From positions 4,988 through 68,987 of the IMG/VR virus record IMGVR_UViG_2846430886_000002: DNA of 64,000 nt; one strand, given 5' to 3'. The notes below the pieces were generated by a model that did no database searches, was not told where the DNA came from, and saw nothing but the letters and a program-made list of their open reading frames with translations. Origin of the DNA: a virus. A program made the translations under genes and the position numbers. Shown here one piece after another: positions 1 to 8,820 of the stretch. The stretch's first letter is position 1. Every line of letters begins with the position of its first letter.

Positions 1-62
1 ACGGTGCGCGGCTTGACTTTGAAGAGGGCCGCGAGTTGTTCCCGTGTGAGGTATGAGTCCAT
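1..62 (-). CDS. Excisionase/AlpA-like helix-turn-helix protein (partial, runs off window start)
   Basis: Hand translation from ATG at 62 gives MDSYLTREQLAALFKVKPRTV, the typical YLT-x-E-x-A-x-x-F-x-V-x-x-x-T pattern. Confidence 0.6.
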   Translation of the reverse strand, partial: MDSYLTREQLAALFKVKPRT

Positions 63-174
63 GGTGGGGATGTGTGGTTTGTGTTAATGGGGCGGAATGG
101 GGGCGGGTTATTTTTATGGTTGCGTCCCTTCCGTGCCCTTGATTATGTCTTTTATAGCTTGTTTTGCTTTTTCC

Positions 175-196
175 GGGAACGTCTCATGGTATGAGA
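175..196 (-). promoter_or_regulatory. Palindromic motif copy 1 (TCTCAT-GGT-ATGAGA with GGGAACG flank)
   Basis: gggaacgTCTCATggtATGAGA. The same motif recurs at 4772, 31188, 31201, 53424, 53459 and 53480. Confidence 0.7.
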
Positions 197-243
197 AAAA
201 AAGGGGGGTTGTGTTATGAAAGGAAAGGCGATAGTGTGGGAGA

Positions 244-747
244 ATGCCCATGGATACGTGCCAGCCTTCTTTTTCTGATCTGTCCCTGCCCTGTTTCGTC
301 CAGCGCATGAAGGGGGAGCCGGACTTGACGATGAGGGGAAGGGATTTTAGTATTATTGAGTTTGCCCGGTTCAAGGGGCGGCTGGAGGCGAATTACGATG
401 TCTTTCAGCAGATGGGGCCGATTGTGGACCCTTTTATCCTGCCGGGGTATCTTTTTGTTTTTAAGAAGATGAGCAAGGGGGATGTCCTGGCGGGGGTGGT
501 GGCCCTGAAGGATGTGCCGGTGGAGGAGAGCATTGTCATGTCTTTCACGGTGGTGCTGAAGGATAATGACGAGCACGGGGAGCTGACGGGCTTGGCTGGG
601 GAGCACCCGGAGTATGGCTACAAGATGCCGCCGGAGCCGCCGTACTGTGCTATCATGCCGCTGGATTTATTCACCAGCCAGTGGGAGAACATGGATCAGA
701 TTTTGAGAGCGCTGCGGGGGTATGCCCTGGCCTGGATGGTGATCTAA
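244..747 (+). CDS. Hypothetical phage protein, distant paralog of 35236..35706
   Basis: 167-aa ORF. C-terminal PPEPPYCAIM...ALAW resembles PPAPLCAVA...AVAW of the 35236 ORF. Confidence 0.6.
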   Translation: MPMDTCQPSFSDLSLPCFVQRMKGEPDLTMRGRDFSIIEFARFKGRLEANYDVFQQMGPIVDPFILPGYLFVFKKMSKGDVLAGVVALKDVPVEESIVMSFTVVLKDNDEHGELTGLAGEHPEYGYKMPPEPPYCAIMPLDLFTSQWENMDQILRALRGYALAWMVI

Positions 748-815
748 GGGGAGAGGGAGGTGAAAGGGAGGCGGCTAGTCCGGGGGGAACCCGGAACAAG
801 GACGGCCCTCCCGGT

Positions 816-853
816 GGGGGAGAAAGCCTGGAGGGCCTTTCTCTCCCTTTTTT
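816..853 (+). terminator. Possible Rho-independent terminator
   Basis: GGGGGAGAAAG...CTTTCTCTCCC imperfect stem followed by TTTTTT, between convergent genes. Confidence 0.4.
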
Positions 854-895
854 GTGCTGTGGGATGCAGGGATGTCCGGCACGGGGGGATGCTGA

Positions 896-1309
896 CTAGG
901 GGGCTGGAGTGTCGTCCGGGTCTATGGGCGGAAGTTGTTCTTCCGTAATGAATTTGTTTGATTTTATGACTTGATCCACGGCCCATTTTTGAAATTCATC
1001 CGTGCTCATGTGCATGATCCTGGCGGCGTTTTTTAATACTTCCCATTCCTGGGCGGTGTACAGGGAGGCTTCCGTACGGATACCGCCGTAACGGTCTGTC
1101 AGAATATGGTCTTTTTGGCTTTGCGAAACTTCATTTAGTTTTTTGGCAATCCATACCTTCCGGTGCCGGGGAATCTCGTTTTTACTCATCCATCGGTTGA
1201 TGGAGCTTTTGGCGACGCCGAGCAGTTCCGCGAGTTCGTCTCTGGTCATTTTTTGTTCTTTCACCCAAAAGGCAAGATAGGGTGGGGAAATGTCTTTCCA
1301 GGTCAGCAT
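896..1309 (-). CDS. XRE/cI-like HTH repressor
   Basis: MTRDELAELLGVAKSSINRW HTH motif. Divergent from the early replication operon. Start placed at MLTWK. Confidence 0.75.
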   Translation of the reverse strand: MLTWKDISPPYLAFWVKEQKMTRDELAELLGVAKSSINRWMSKNEIPRHRKVWIAKKLNEVSQSQKDHILTDRYGGIRTEASLYTAQEWEVLKNAARIMHMSTDEFQKWAVDQVIKSNKFITEEQLPPIDPDDTPAP

Positions 1310-1320
1310 AGAGTTATTTT

Positions 1321-1391
1321 TTATCAAATGGTAATATTTTATCAATTTAGAAAATTTCCTGTTATCAAAAAATAAAATCAAGTTGACGATA
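1321..1391. promoter_or_regulatory. AT-rich divergent promoter/operator region
   Basis: TTATCAA repeated at 1321, 1339 and 1362 between the repressor and the rightward operon. Confidence 0.4.
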
Positions 1392-1700
1392 ATGTCTAAG
1401 GAGAAAAAGATGATTAGTATGCCAGACCGTAAAGACGATTCCGTTAGGCCGGATACTTTGCCACTGACTGCTGCCGCTTCTCACCCGACGTTATTCCCTC
1501 ACCGGCGGGAGAGGGGGCATGGGTTCGCCGTGATTGCGCCTCCTGTCATGGAGGACGCTCACAACATGGCGGAGGTCATGCTGCATTTTATTCACGGGGC
1601 CGTGATGAAATGTGCCATGGTCGTGACTGCTCTTGATAAGAAGCGGCAGCGCAAAAGGAAGCTGAAAGAAAAGGCTGAATTTCCCGCTCATCATCGTTGA
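1392..1700 (+). CDS. Hypothetical protein
   Basis: ORF in the cro position, but no recognisable motif. Confidence 0.35.
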   Translation: MSKEKKMISMPDRKDDSVRPDTLPLTAAASHPTLFPHRRERGHGFAVIAPPVMEDAHNMAEVMLHFIHGAVMKCAMVVTALDKKRQRKRKLKEKAEFPAHHR

Positions 1701-1774
1701 CGGCTCGTTCCTTCCGTTTTTCGGATAGATGTGTCTCTGGCATCGCTACCCCTCATTTTTCACTTTCTAACATA

Positions 1775-2305
1775 ATGGATCAGGATTTTTCTTTTTATAA
1801 TGCTTTTATTGTGAGCTTGCTGCATGGCAACAAAGTGCTTTCTCCGAATGCCCCGGTTCCGAAGTCAGCCAAGGGGGTTTTTGCCCAGGCGCGCAGGAAG
1901 CAGAAGGCCAAACGGACGGCGCGCACACTGGCCTGGGCGGTGACGCTGGAGGCGCTGGCGGGGCGTAAAGTGAAACCGAACAGGTATATGTTCCGCTGGT
2001 ATTACAAGTACGGAGATCCGCCGGATGATGATAATGTGGTGGCGAGGTGCAAGGCGTATCTGGATGGGGCCTGTCTGGCCATGGGGATCAATGACCGGGA
2101 TTTGCGCCTGATGGGGGTGGAGAGGGTGAAGGATCTGGTGCGGTTCCGGGAGGTGGAGCTGGTATTCTGGCGGGTGGAAGAAGATTTTGACATGATTTTT
2201 GAGGAAAAATTTCGTGAAAAACGAATGAAAAACGGGCTGAAAACAGAGGAAAAAACGAACGAAAAAGGAGGGGGAAATCATGGCTGTTTCATGGATCAAG
2301 ATTGA
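1775..2305 (+). CDS. RusA-like Holliday junction resolvase
   Basis: LSPN motif, DDDNVVARCKAYLDG...GIND acidic catalytic pattern, located next to the replication gene. Confidence 0.7.
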   Translation: MDQDFSFYNAFIVSLLHGNKVLSPNAPVPKSAKGVFAQARRKQKAKRTARTLAWAVTLEALAGRKVKPNRYMFRWYYKYGDPPDDDNVVARCKAYLDGACLAMGINDRDLRLMGVERVKDLVRFREVELVFWRVEEDFDMIFEEKFREKRMKNGLKTEEKTNEKGGGNHGCFMDQD

Positions 2306-3389
2306 GGTGGTTTTGCCGGATAAACAAGAGGTGATTGCTATGGCGCGGATGCTGAAATTCAAGGACACGGACATGGTGGTGGGCAAGCTGATCCGGCTGT
2401 GGGCGTGGGCGGATTTACAGACGGTGGACGGGGAGTGTGTGATGTGTACGGATGATTTCATTGACCGGACGGTGTTTTGCAAGGGGTTCGCAAAGGCTTT
2501 ACGTTCAGTAGGATGGCTCACTGGTGAGGATGGAGCGCTGGGATTCCCGAACTTTGAGAGGCACAATGGGGAGACGGCCAAGGCGCGGGCGGAGTCTGCC
2601 CGGCGTATGGCAAAGTCCCGCGAAGCGGGAGGGCAACAAAACGGCAACAGAAAGGGTAACAGGGGCGCAACGGATGTTGCGGATTACGGTGATTGTTGTG
2701 CCGGGGATGTTGCGGAAAATGTGCAACATTCCCCGCAACGAAAACCGCAACCAGAGGGAGAGTTAGAATTTAAGAGTAATAAAGGGGGTGGTGGGGAAAT
2801 TTCACGGTGTATGGGTGAAATGGGGTCTGGGGTGAAGTCTTCCTCCCCCCCTCCCCCTGTTTTTCCGGTTCAGTTGAAGGGGGAGGACGGGAGGTTGGTG
2901 CCGGAGTTCGTGGCGTTTGTGGAGTGGGTCAAGGGGGTAAGGCCCGGCTGGGATGTGGGCAAGCTGTCCCAGCGGGAGCAGCGGGCGGCGGCACAGGCCT
3001 TTCTGGGGCTGCAACGGCCTGTGAGCGAGGTGGAGCGGGTAGCGGTGGCGGAGTATCTGGCTCATGAGCCGGAGAATGGCAAGAAGTTCGATTATCCTCC
3101 TGACCGTGAGTTGTTTTTGACGATTTTTCAGGAGGTCGTTCAGAAGGCTGTGGCGTGGTTCCGCAGGACGGGGAGGAAGACGCCTGCGGAGCGGGAGGCG
3201 GCCCGGAAGCGGGCTCTGGTGCTGAAGCTGCGGAATGACGAGGGAATGGCAAGGCGGCTGGCCAGACAGTTTCAGCATTCGCCGGAGGAGGTGGTCGCGG
3301 AGCTTAATGCCCTGCGGGAGAAGTATGGTGAAGAACCTTTAAACAACAGTGAATTAGACAAAATTATGAAGGGAGATTACGAAGGATGA
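2280..3389 (+). CDS. Phage replication initiation / replisome organiser protein
   Basis: N-terminal WIKIE..LPDKQEV...GKLIRLWAWAD...L..VGWL...FPNFERHNGETAK.RA..ARR, typical of phage replication proteins. Confidence 0.75.
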   Translation: MAVSWIKIEVVLPDKQEVIAMARMLKFKDTDMVVGKLIRLWAWADLQTVDGECVMCTDDFIDRTVFCKGFAKALRSVGWLTGEDGALGFPNFERHNGETAKARAESARRMAKSREAGGQQNGNRKGNRGATDVADYGDCCAGDVAENVQHSPQRKPQPEGELEFKSNKGGGGEISRCMGEMGSGVKSSSPPPPVFPVQLKGEDGRLVPEFVAFVEWVKGVRPGWDVGKLSQREQRAAAQAFLGLQRPVSEVERVAVAEYLAHEPENGKKFDYPPDRELFLTIFQEVVQKAVAWFRRTGRKTPAEREAARKRALVLKLRNDEGMARRLARQFQHSPEEVVAELNALREKYGEEPLNNSELDKIMKGDYEG

Positions 3390-4123
3390 AGGGTGAAGTG
3401 TTGAATCCGGTGGAGATGGTTCACAGGCTGGCGTGCTGCTGTACGCAGGAGGGGGTGATGGCCTCCGAGGTGGCGGTGCTGACTGCGGTAGCCGCCCAGC
3501 CGTCGATTGCCTCCGGCATGGTGGTGAAGCGCACGGGGCTAAGTGCGCCCAATACGATCCGGGTGCTGAATTTGCTGGCGGACACGGGGGATGTGACTTT
3601 TGTGCTGGAGAAGCCGGTGAGGGTGGATCACCCTCCGGTGCGGAGGCATTTCTTTGTGACGGCTGGCGGCATGAAAAGGATCAGGCGATTCCTGTGTGCG
3701 CTGGGCTGGGAGGAGGGATGGGTGTTCCTGGTGCCGGAACTGGGGGTGAGGATGAATGCGGTGGAGATGGTCAGCAGGCTGGCGTGCTGCTGTACGCGGG
3801 AACGGCTGATGGCCTCCCAGGTGGCGGTGCTGACGGCGGTGGTGCGCCAGCCCTCGATCACTTCCGCCATGATGGAGAGGGTGACGGGGCTTTCGCTGAC
3901 TAATTCAATCCGCATTCTGAATTATCTGACGGAGGCGGGGGATGTGACTTTTATCCCGGAGAAGGAGCCGAGGCTGGGGCGCAGGCCAATGAAGCGGCAT
4001 TTTTATGTGACGCCGGGGGGAATCAGCACGGTCAGGCAGGTTGTCGGCCATTTGGGCTGGGGTGGTTTTAACGGGGTGCGGATTACGGGAGAAACGGAAG
4101 GGGGTGATTTGTTCCGGTTATGA
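3386..4123 (+). CDS. Tandem duplicated winged-HTH (MarR-like) regulator
   Basis: Two 117-aa repeats (DNA offset 351 bp), each N.VEMV.RLACCCT...VAVLTAV..QPSI.S.M...TGLS..N.IR.LN.L...GDVTF...RHF.VT.GG. Confidence 0.7.
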   Translation: MKGEVLNPVEMVHRLACCCTQEGVMASEVAVLTAVAAQPSIASGMVVKRTGLSAPNTIRVLNLLADTGDVTFVLEKPVRVDHPPVRRHFFVTAGGMKRIRRFLCALGWEEGWVFLVPELGVRMNAVEMVSRLACCCTRERLMASQVAVLTAVVRQPSITSAMMERVTGLSLTNSIRILNYLTEAGDVTFIPEKEPRLGRRPMKRHFYVTPGGISTVRQVVGHLGWGGFNGVRITGETEGGDLFRL

Positions 4124-4740
4124 AGAAGTGGGAATCAACGGGCAAGGTGCCGGAGGGAAGGCAGGCGGGAAAGACGGTCAGGAAGATGGCTGGAAAGCCT
4201 GGTAAGGCGGTGGCGGGGAGGGAGCGGGAGCTGACGGAGAAGCAGAGGAATTTTGTGCGTTTTTATGCGGAGGGGTACTGTCAGCGGGAGGCTTACCGCA
4301 AGGCGTACAGTGCCAAGCGGTTGACAGACGCCTCTTGTGACGCGGCCGCGTCCCGCTTGTTAAGAAATGTTAAGGTAATCGCGCTGCTGGCGGAGCTGCG
4401 AAAGAAGGCGGATGACGAGGCGGTGATCAACCGCAGGAAGAGGATGGTATGGTTGTCCCGTGTAGTGACGACGGCTCCCGATGATGTGGACGGGAAGTCT
4501 GATCTCTGCCAGGAGAAGACGGTCAGCGAGTTTGGGATGAAGTGCAGGATGCCGGACAAGCTGCGGGCCATTCAGGAACTGAACCGGATGGATGGGGCGT
4601 ATGAGCCGGAGAAGCTGAAGGTGGAGGGTGAGCTGTCTTTTGGAAGTCTGCTGAAGGGGCTGAAGAACCGGGAACTGGTATCTCCCAGGGGTAACGGGAA
4701 GAGGGATGATGAGGATAAGGGGGAAAAGGATGAGGTGTGA
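4120..4740 (+). CDS. Terminase small subunit
   Basis: LTEKQRNFVRFY...AYRKAY...AAASRLLRNVKV...DKLRAIQELNRMDG pattern. Confidence 0.85.
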   Translation: MKKWESTGKVPEGRQAGKTVRKMAGKPGKAVAGRERELTEKQRNFVRFYAEGYCQREAYRKAYSAKRLTDASCDAAASRLLRNVKVIALLAELRKKADDEAVINRRKRMVWLSRVVTTAPDDVDGKSDLCQEKTVSEFGMKCRMPDKLRAIQELNRMDGAYEPEKLKVEGELSFGSLLKGLKNRELVSPRGNGKRDDEDKGEKDEV

Positions 4741-4771
4741 ATGAGTGTGGTGCTCTCAATGTGTTGCGCCA

Positions 4772-4793
4772 ATTCATACCATGAGAGGTCCCC
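4772..4793 (+). promoter_or_regulatory. Palindromic motif copy 2
   Basis: ATTCAT-ACC-ATGAGA-ggtcccc, 40 nt before the tail tubular A start codon. Confidence 0.7.
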
Positions 4794-4826
4794 GGTTTCC
4801 TTTTTCTTTGGTAGTGTGGTTCCGTT

Positions 4827-5384
4827 ATGGACAAAGTGACGTTTTTTGAACAGGTTCTTCATACGTTGGGGGACAGGGAGTATAAGAGGGACAGCCCGAC
4901 GGGGAGGGAGTGTGATTTGTGGTTCCCTGCCGTTTTAAAGGAGGCTCTGAATTTTGGGTCTTGGTCGTTTGCGACGCGGAAGCGTGTGCTGGAACCTGTT
5001 TTCCCTGGGAAATATCTGCTGCCGGAGGATTGTCTGCGCCCGCTGAAGATCAATCATTCGTGTTTTGAGCTGGTGGGGAGGGAGATTTGCCTGAATGTGA
5101 TGTTCCATCCTGCCCCGGATGTGCTGGAGCTTACTTATATTTCTGATTCCATGGGTAAGGGGGAGGAACTGCCGGATTCCGAGCCGCTTTTCCTGAATGG
5201 TCTGCGGCTGCTGATGGCGGCGCGGCTGGCCCCGAAGATTACAGGGCAGCCCCAGCTTTTGTTTACGCTGGAAGAGGCGGCCCGTTCCGCACTGGGGGAG
5301 GCTCTGCACCAGAACAGTCTTTCCCAGCATTCCAATGACCAGCATCCGCTGGAGGGGATTCTGCTGTCTTCTATCGTGGGGTAA
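4827..5384 (+). CDS. Tail tubular protein A / head-tail adaptor (T7 gp11-like)
   Basis: WSFATRKRVL...YLLPEDCLR...L.YI...LF...L...LA..IT pattern, appropriate size and position. Confidence 0.75.
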   Translation: MDKVTFFEQVLHTLGDREYKRDSPTGRECDLWFPAVLKEALNFGSWSFATRKRVLEPVFPGKYLLPEDCLRPLKINHSCFELVGREICLNVMFHPAPDVLELTYISDSMGKGEELPDSEPLFLNGLRLLMAARLAPKITGQPQLLFTLEEAARSALGEALHQNSLSQHSNDQHPLEGILLSSIVG

Positions 5385-5445
5385 GGGGATATTCCCTCTC
5401 TCAATTCTCAACTATTCCCTATTAACTTTTAACTATTACCTGAAC

Positions 5446-6273
5446 ATGGGGCAGATTGTAGGAAATGCGCTGGCGGCGCGGAATTACAAGGCGCAAGCCG
5501 CCGTGGCAAAGTCACAGGGGCGTGCGCGGCAGGCGGCGTATGACGGGAGGGCGCGGGGGCTGGAGGAGGAGGCGCGGGCGGATTCCCACCTGGCCGCACG
5601 CAGTATGGGCCGCCAGAGGGAGAACCAGGCGAATGCCGGGGTGTCCGCGCGCAGTCAGCGGGCGTCCAGCGGAGTGACGGCGGAAGGAAGCGGGTTACAG
5701 AATGAACTGGCCCTGGCGGACATTTTTGAAAAGTCGATCGCGGACATGTCTCTTTCCAATGCTATTTCCGACAGCAATAAGCGCACTGGTGCCATGGGGG
5801 CGCGGCAACAGGGACGGCTGGCCATGATGCAGGCGGACGCGGAGGCGACGCAGTACCGGAGGCAGGGCAAGTCTGCGCAGAATGCGGCCTGGATTCAGGG
5901 GGCTACCACTTTGCTTTCCGCTGCTCTCGGCGGGATGGGGGCGGGGATGTCCGGTGAGGGAACGGGTGCGGAGGCAGGGGCAGCAGCGGGAAGCGGTGGT
6001 CAGGCGGCTTCCGGTGCGGGGGGCGGCTCCGTGGTGGGTGGGATGGCGGGGAGTTCTCTTCCGGCGTGGGCGACGGGGGCTATGTCTGCCGGACAGAGTG
6101 CGTATGATCTGACGGGGAATTTCCTGCAATGGTCTCCGGGTACGGTCCCAACCAGCAAGGGGTCAACGACGAATGCGGGAAACACGCTTAATGATTTGCT
6201 GATTGCGCTGCTGGGCCGGGAGGGTCAGCAGGGGGGGCAAGCTCCCGCTTCCTCTTCTTCCCGTTCTGTCTGA
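5446..6273 (+). CDS. Internal virion / ejection protein (gp14-like)
   Basis: Ala/Gln-rich helical N-terminus, ASSGV..EGS motif, Gly-rich hydrophobic C-half, located after tail A. Confidence 0.65.
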   Translation: MGQIVGNALAARNYKAQAAVAKSQGRARQAAYDGRARGLEEEARADSHLAARSMGRQRENQANAGVSARSQRASSGVTAEGSGLQNELALADIFEKSIADMSLSNAISDSNKRTGAMGARQQGRLAMMQADAEATQYRRQGKSAQNAAWIQGATTLLSAALGGMGAGMSGEGTGAEAGAAAGSGGQAASGAGGGSVVGGMAGSSLPAWATGAMSAGQSAYDLTGNFLQWSPGTVPTSKGSTTNAGNTLNDLLIALLGREGQQGGQAPASSSSRSV

Positions 6274-6309
6274 TTGTTTCCTGTCTGATTTTTTAACTGC
6301 ATACACACG

Positions 6310-6651
6310 ATGAACGGTTCTAATTGTACAACGCGGGCTTTTGAGTTTCTGGAGGGGATTTCTCCCGGTTCTTATGCGGCTTTGATCCGTTACACGCTGG
6401 AGCATGAGGGGATTGTTCATTCTGCTCCGGATTGTTTTTGTGTGGCGATTCCGGACGAGGATGATCCGCATACGGTGTTGATTCTTTTCCAGTGTTCACG
6501 GCTTTCCGTTCTTTGGCGGCTGGCGGAGATGTACCGCTGCCAGTTTACGCACGTCAAGTTCCGCAGGGATTTTAAAAACCATTACCCGGAACGGTGTGTG
6601 CCCATCGACCGTTTCCTGAAAAAACGTTCTCTGGCCGGGCGGATTTCCTGA
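6310..6651 (+). CDS. Small virion-module protein (possible gp13-like GNAT fold)
   Basis: 113 aa, sits between ejection-protein genes. Assignment is mainly positional. Confidence 0.45.
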   Translation: MNGSNCTTRAFEFLEGISPGSYAALIRYTLEHEGIVHSAPDCFCVAIPDEDDPHTVLILFQCSRLSVLWRLAEMYRCQFTHVKFRRDFKNHYPERCVPIDRFLKKRSLAGRIS

Positions 6652-6707
6652 CCCTTTTTATTCCCTGCTCCGTTCCCGCTGCTCTCTTCACTTTCCTTTT
6701 TCATTTT

Positions 6708-8765
6708 ATGGATGTTCCTCTTTACAATGGCGCAAGGCCTCAACTCGATTCCACTCCCCAGCCGTTGCAGACGCCGGGTGTGAATCTGGAAGCCAACATG
6801 CAGGCGGTCCAGCGGGGGGCGCAGGCTCTGGATGCGGCGATAGGGAAGTTCAAGGCTATTCAGGATTTCGGCGAGGATCAGAGGATAGAGGGTATACTGG
6901 GCAAGACTGCTGCTGATTTTGAGGATGAGTTTAAGAGGCGGGCTAGTTTGGCTCCCGGCTCCGAAGACGGGCTCTATGATGAAGAGGGGCATTTGCACCG
7001 GGGACACCTGGATGCGCTGGTGAAGGATTTCTCCAACCGGGTGGACGAGGTGCGCCCCGGCTATCTTAACCCGGATGCCCGGATGAGGGCGGATGCCCTG
7101 CTGCAACACACGAAGCAGCAGTTTGAGATACGGGCTTTGGGCAAGGCGGCGGAGCGGGAAATACAGGTCTCCCGGCAGACGTATCAAAATAACCTGAAAA
7201 ATGCGCTGGGAAAAAAGGATTATCCTGCGGCCAGGGACTTGAACCGGAAGGCGAGGCAGAATGATGTTATTTCCCAGAATCAGTATGAGTATGAGGATTG
7301 GAAGTTTGGCCAGCTTGACCGTATCAGTCAGTTTAAGGAGGAGCTGGGCAAAAATCCCCTGGGGGTGGCGGCGGCTTTTGAGGATGGTCTCTATGATGAC
7401 ATTGAACCGGACGCGCGGCGGGAGCTGGAGAAGGATTTGCAAACGGCCCTCCGCCAGCAGGTGCGGCAGATCCCTTTCACCGAGGATGAGAGGAAATTGA
7501 TGGAGAGGGGCGGCTCTGTGCGTCCGAAGTTTGACCGGCTGCCGGGTGATACGGAGCAGATGGTGAAGTGGCGGGAGGAAAAGAACCGGGGAATGCTCCA
7601 CCTGCACCAGAAGGATATTGACGCGGCGTGGCGGGAGGATGTGTACAATGCGCCGGTGATGAAGAGCGCCGGGCAGTATCATGTCTGGAAGAATGATCTG
7701 GTGCGCAGGTGGTGTGACGAGAAAACGGGGTTTGGCGTGAATCCGGAGCTGCTGGCTCTGGCGGCTGATGAGCGGATTGCGGATTTGCAGGGGCTGGCCT
7801 CTGCCAGGGATCATCTCAATGCCAGCGAGTTTTTCAATGTAGTGGACCCGGCTGATATTGCCCCGGAGTTTTATAAAAAATGGGACAAGGCGAAAAGTAC
7901 CTGGTATTGGACGGATGGGGGAAGGAAGGAAACGGAGGACTCGACGAAGAAGGTATATGATGAAAAGGCGGAAAAGGCCCGGAGTGAGGCGTATGCGGCG
8001 TATTTGTTCTGGGCGCAGAGTAATCCCAAGGCCAGTTATTATGATCAATACCAGAAGGCTTGTTCTTTGCTGGCTGACTGCGCTTCCCGGCTGGATGAGG
8101 AAAACGAGGTGGAAAAGGATGATTTGGTGTTCAAGTATATGGAACGTGACCTGGGGAATGGGGAGCGGAAAAAGGGGCTGGAAGCTCTGGAGGAGCAGCG
8201 AAAACGGAATACGGAGTACAGAAGGAAGGTGGCGGAGGGCATTGCCGCTGCGGACAAAATAAAAGAGGAAACCGCCTCTCCCGTACTGCCCCCGGTGATG
8301 GCGACGGACATCCTGCCGGTACCGGATACGCAGCCGGGGGCCTACCTCTCCAGGGAGGATTATGAAAAAGTCGTCGAGTTTTACGGTGACGCACCGGAAC
8401 TGGTAGGAGTGCTGCCGGGGCGTGGTTCCCAGCGGGCGTGCTGCCGGGTGCCGGTGCTGGGCTGGCATGAGGGTGAGGGGGTGCTGCTCACGCGTGGGGC
8501 GAGGCATGGGCAGCTCGGCGTGGTGGGGCGCATTGACGGGCTGGAGGTGCGCTTCCGCCGTCCGAAGGGGAGTAAAATACTCTCTCCGGAGGAACGGAAG
8601 AAATGGGTGGAGGGGAAAGGGAGGAAGAAGGAGGAACCTTCTCTGCTGCCGCCTCTGGATGCGTCCGCTTCTGCTCCGCCTGATGATTATGGTCTGCTGC
8701 CTGTAGAGGGCGCAGGTGGGGAAACTGCCGTGCCTGTGAGCGAGTCCGGGCTGCCGCCTCTTTAG
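6708..8765 (+). CDS. Internal virion / ejection protein (gp15-like)
   Basis: 685-aa charged helical protein (MDVPLY start) directly upstream of the giant gene. Confidence 0.6.
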   Translation: MDVPLYNGARPQLDSTPQPLQTPGVNLEANMQAVQRGAQALDAAIGKFKAIQDFGEDQRIEGILGKTAADFEDEFKRRASLAPGSEDGLYDEEGHLHRGHLDALVKDFSNRVDEVRPGYLNPDARMRADALLQHTKQQFEIRALGKAAEREIQVSRQTYQNNLKNALGKKDYPAARDLNRKARQNDVISQNQYEYEDWKFGQLDRISQFKEELGKNPLGVAAAFEDGLYDDIEPDARRELEKDLQTALRQQVRQIPFTEDERKLMERGGSVRPKFDRLPGDTEQMVKWREEKNRGMLHLHQKDIDAAWREDVYNAPVMKSAGQYHVWKNDLVRRWCDEKTGFGVNPELLALAADERIADLQGLASARDHLNASEFFNVVDPADIAPEFYKKWDKAKSTWYWTDGGRKETEDSTKKVYDEKAEKARSEAYAAYLFWAQSNPKASYYDQYQKACSLLADCASRLDEENEVEKDDLVFKYMERDLGNGERKKGLEALEEQRKRNTEYRRKVAEGIAAADKIKEETASPVLPPVMATDILPVPDTQPGAYLSREDYEKVVEFYGDAPELVGVLPGRGSQRACCRVPVLGWHEGEGVLLTRGARHGQLGVVGRIDGLEVRFRRPKGSKILSPEERKKWVEGKGRKKEEPSLLPPLDASASAPPDDYGLLPVEGAGGETAVPVSESGLPPL

Positions 8766-8820
8766 GTTTTCCTGAACTCTTTTCTTCATTCTTTTTTACC
8801 ACTCTTTTCTTTTTTCTGTT

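Noticed and set aside
5335..6707. Upstream starts from the ORF track (5335, 6594; likewise 1697, 33697, 49108, 58189, 60017, 60958)
   Set aside because: The extensions overlap upstream genes or translate pyrimidine-rich or AT-rich leaders, so downstream ATGs were preferred.
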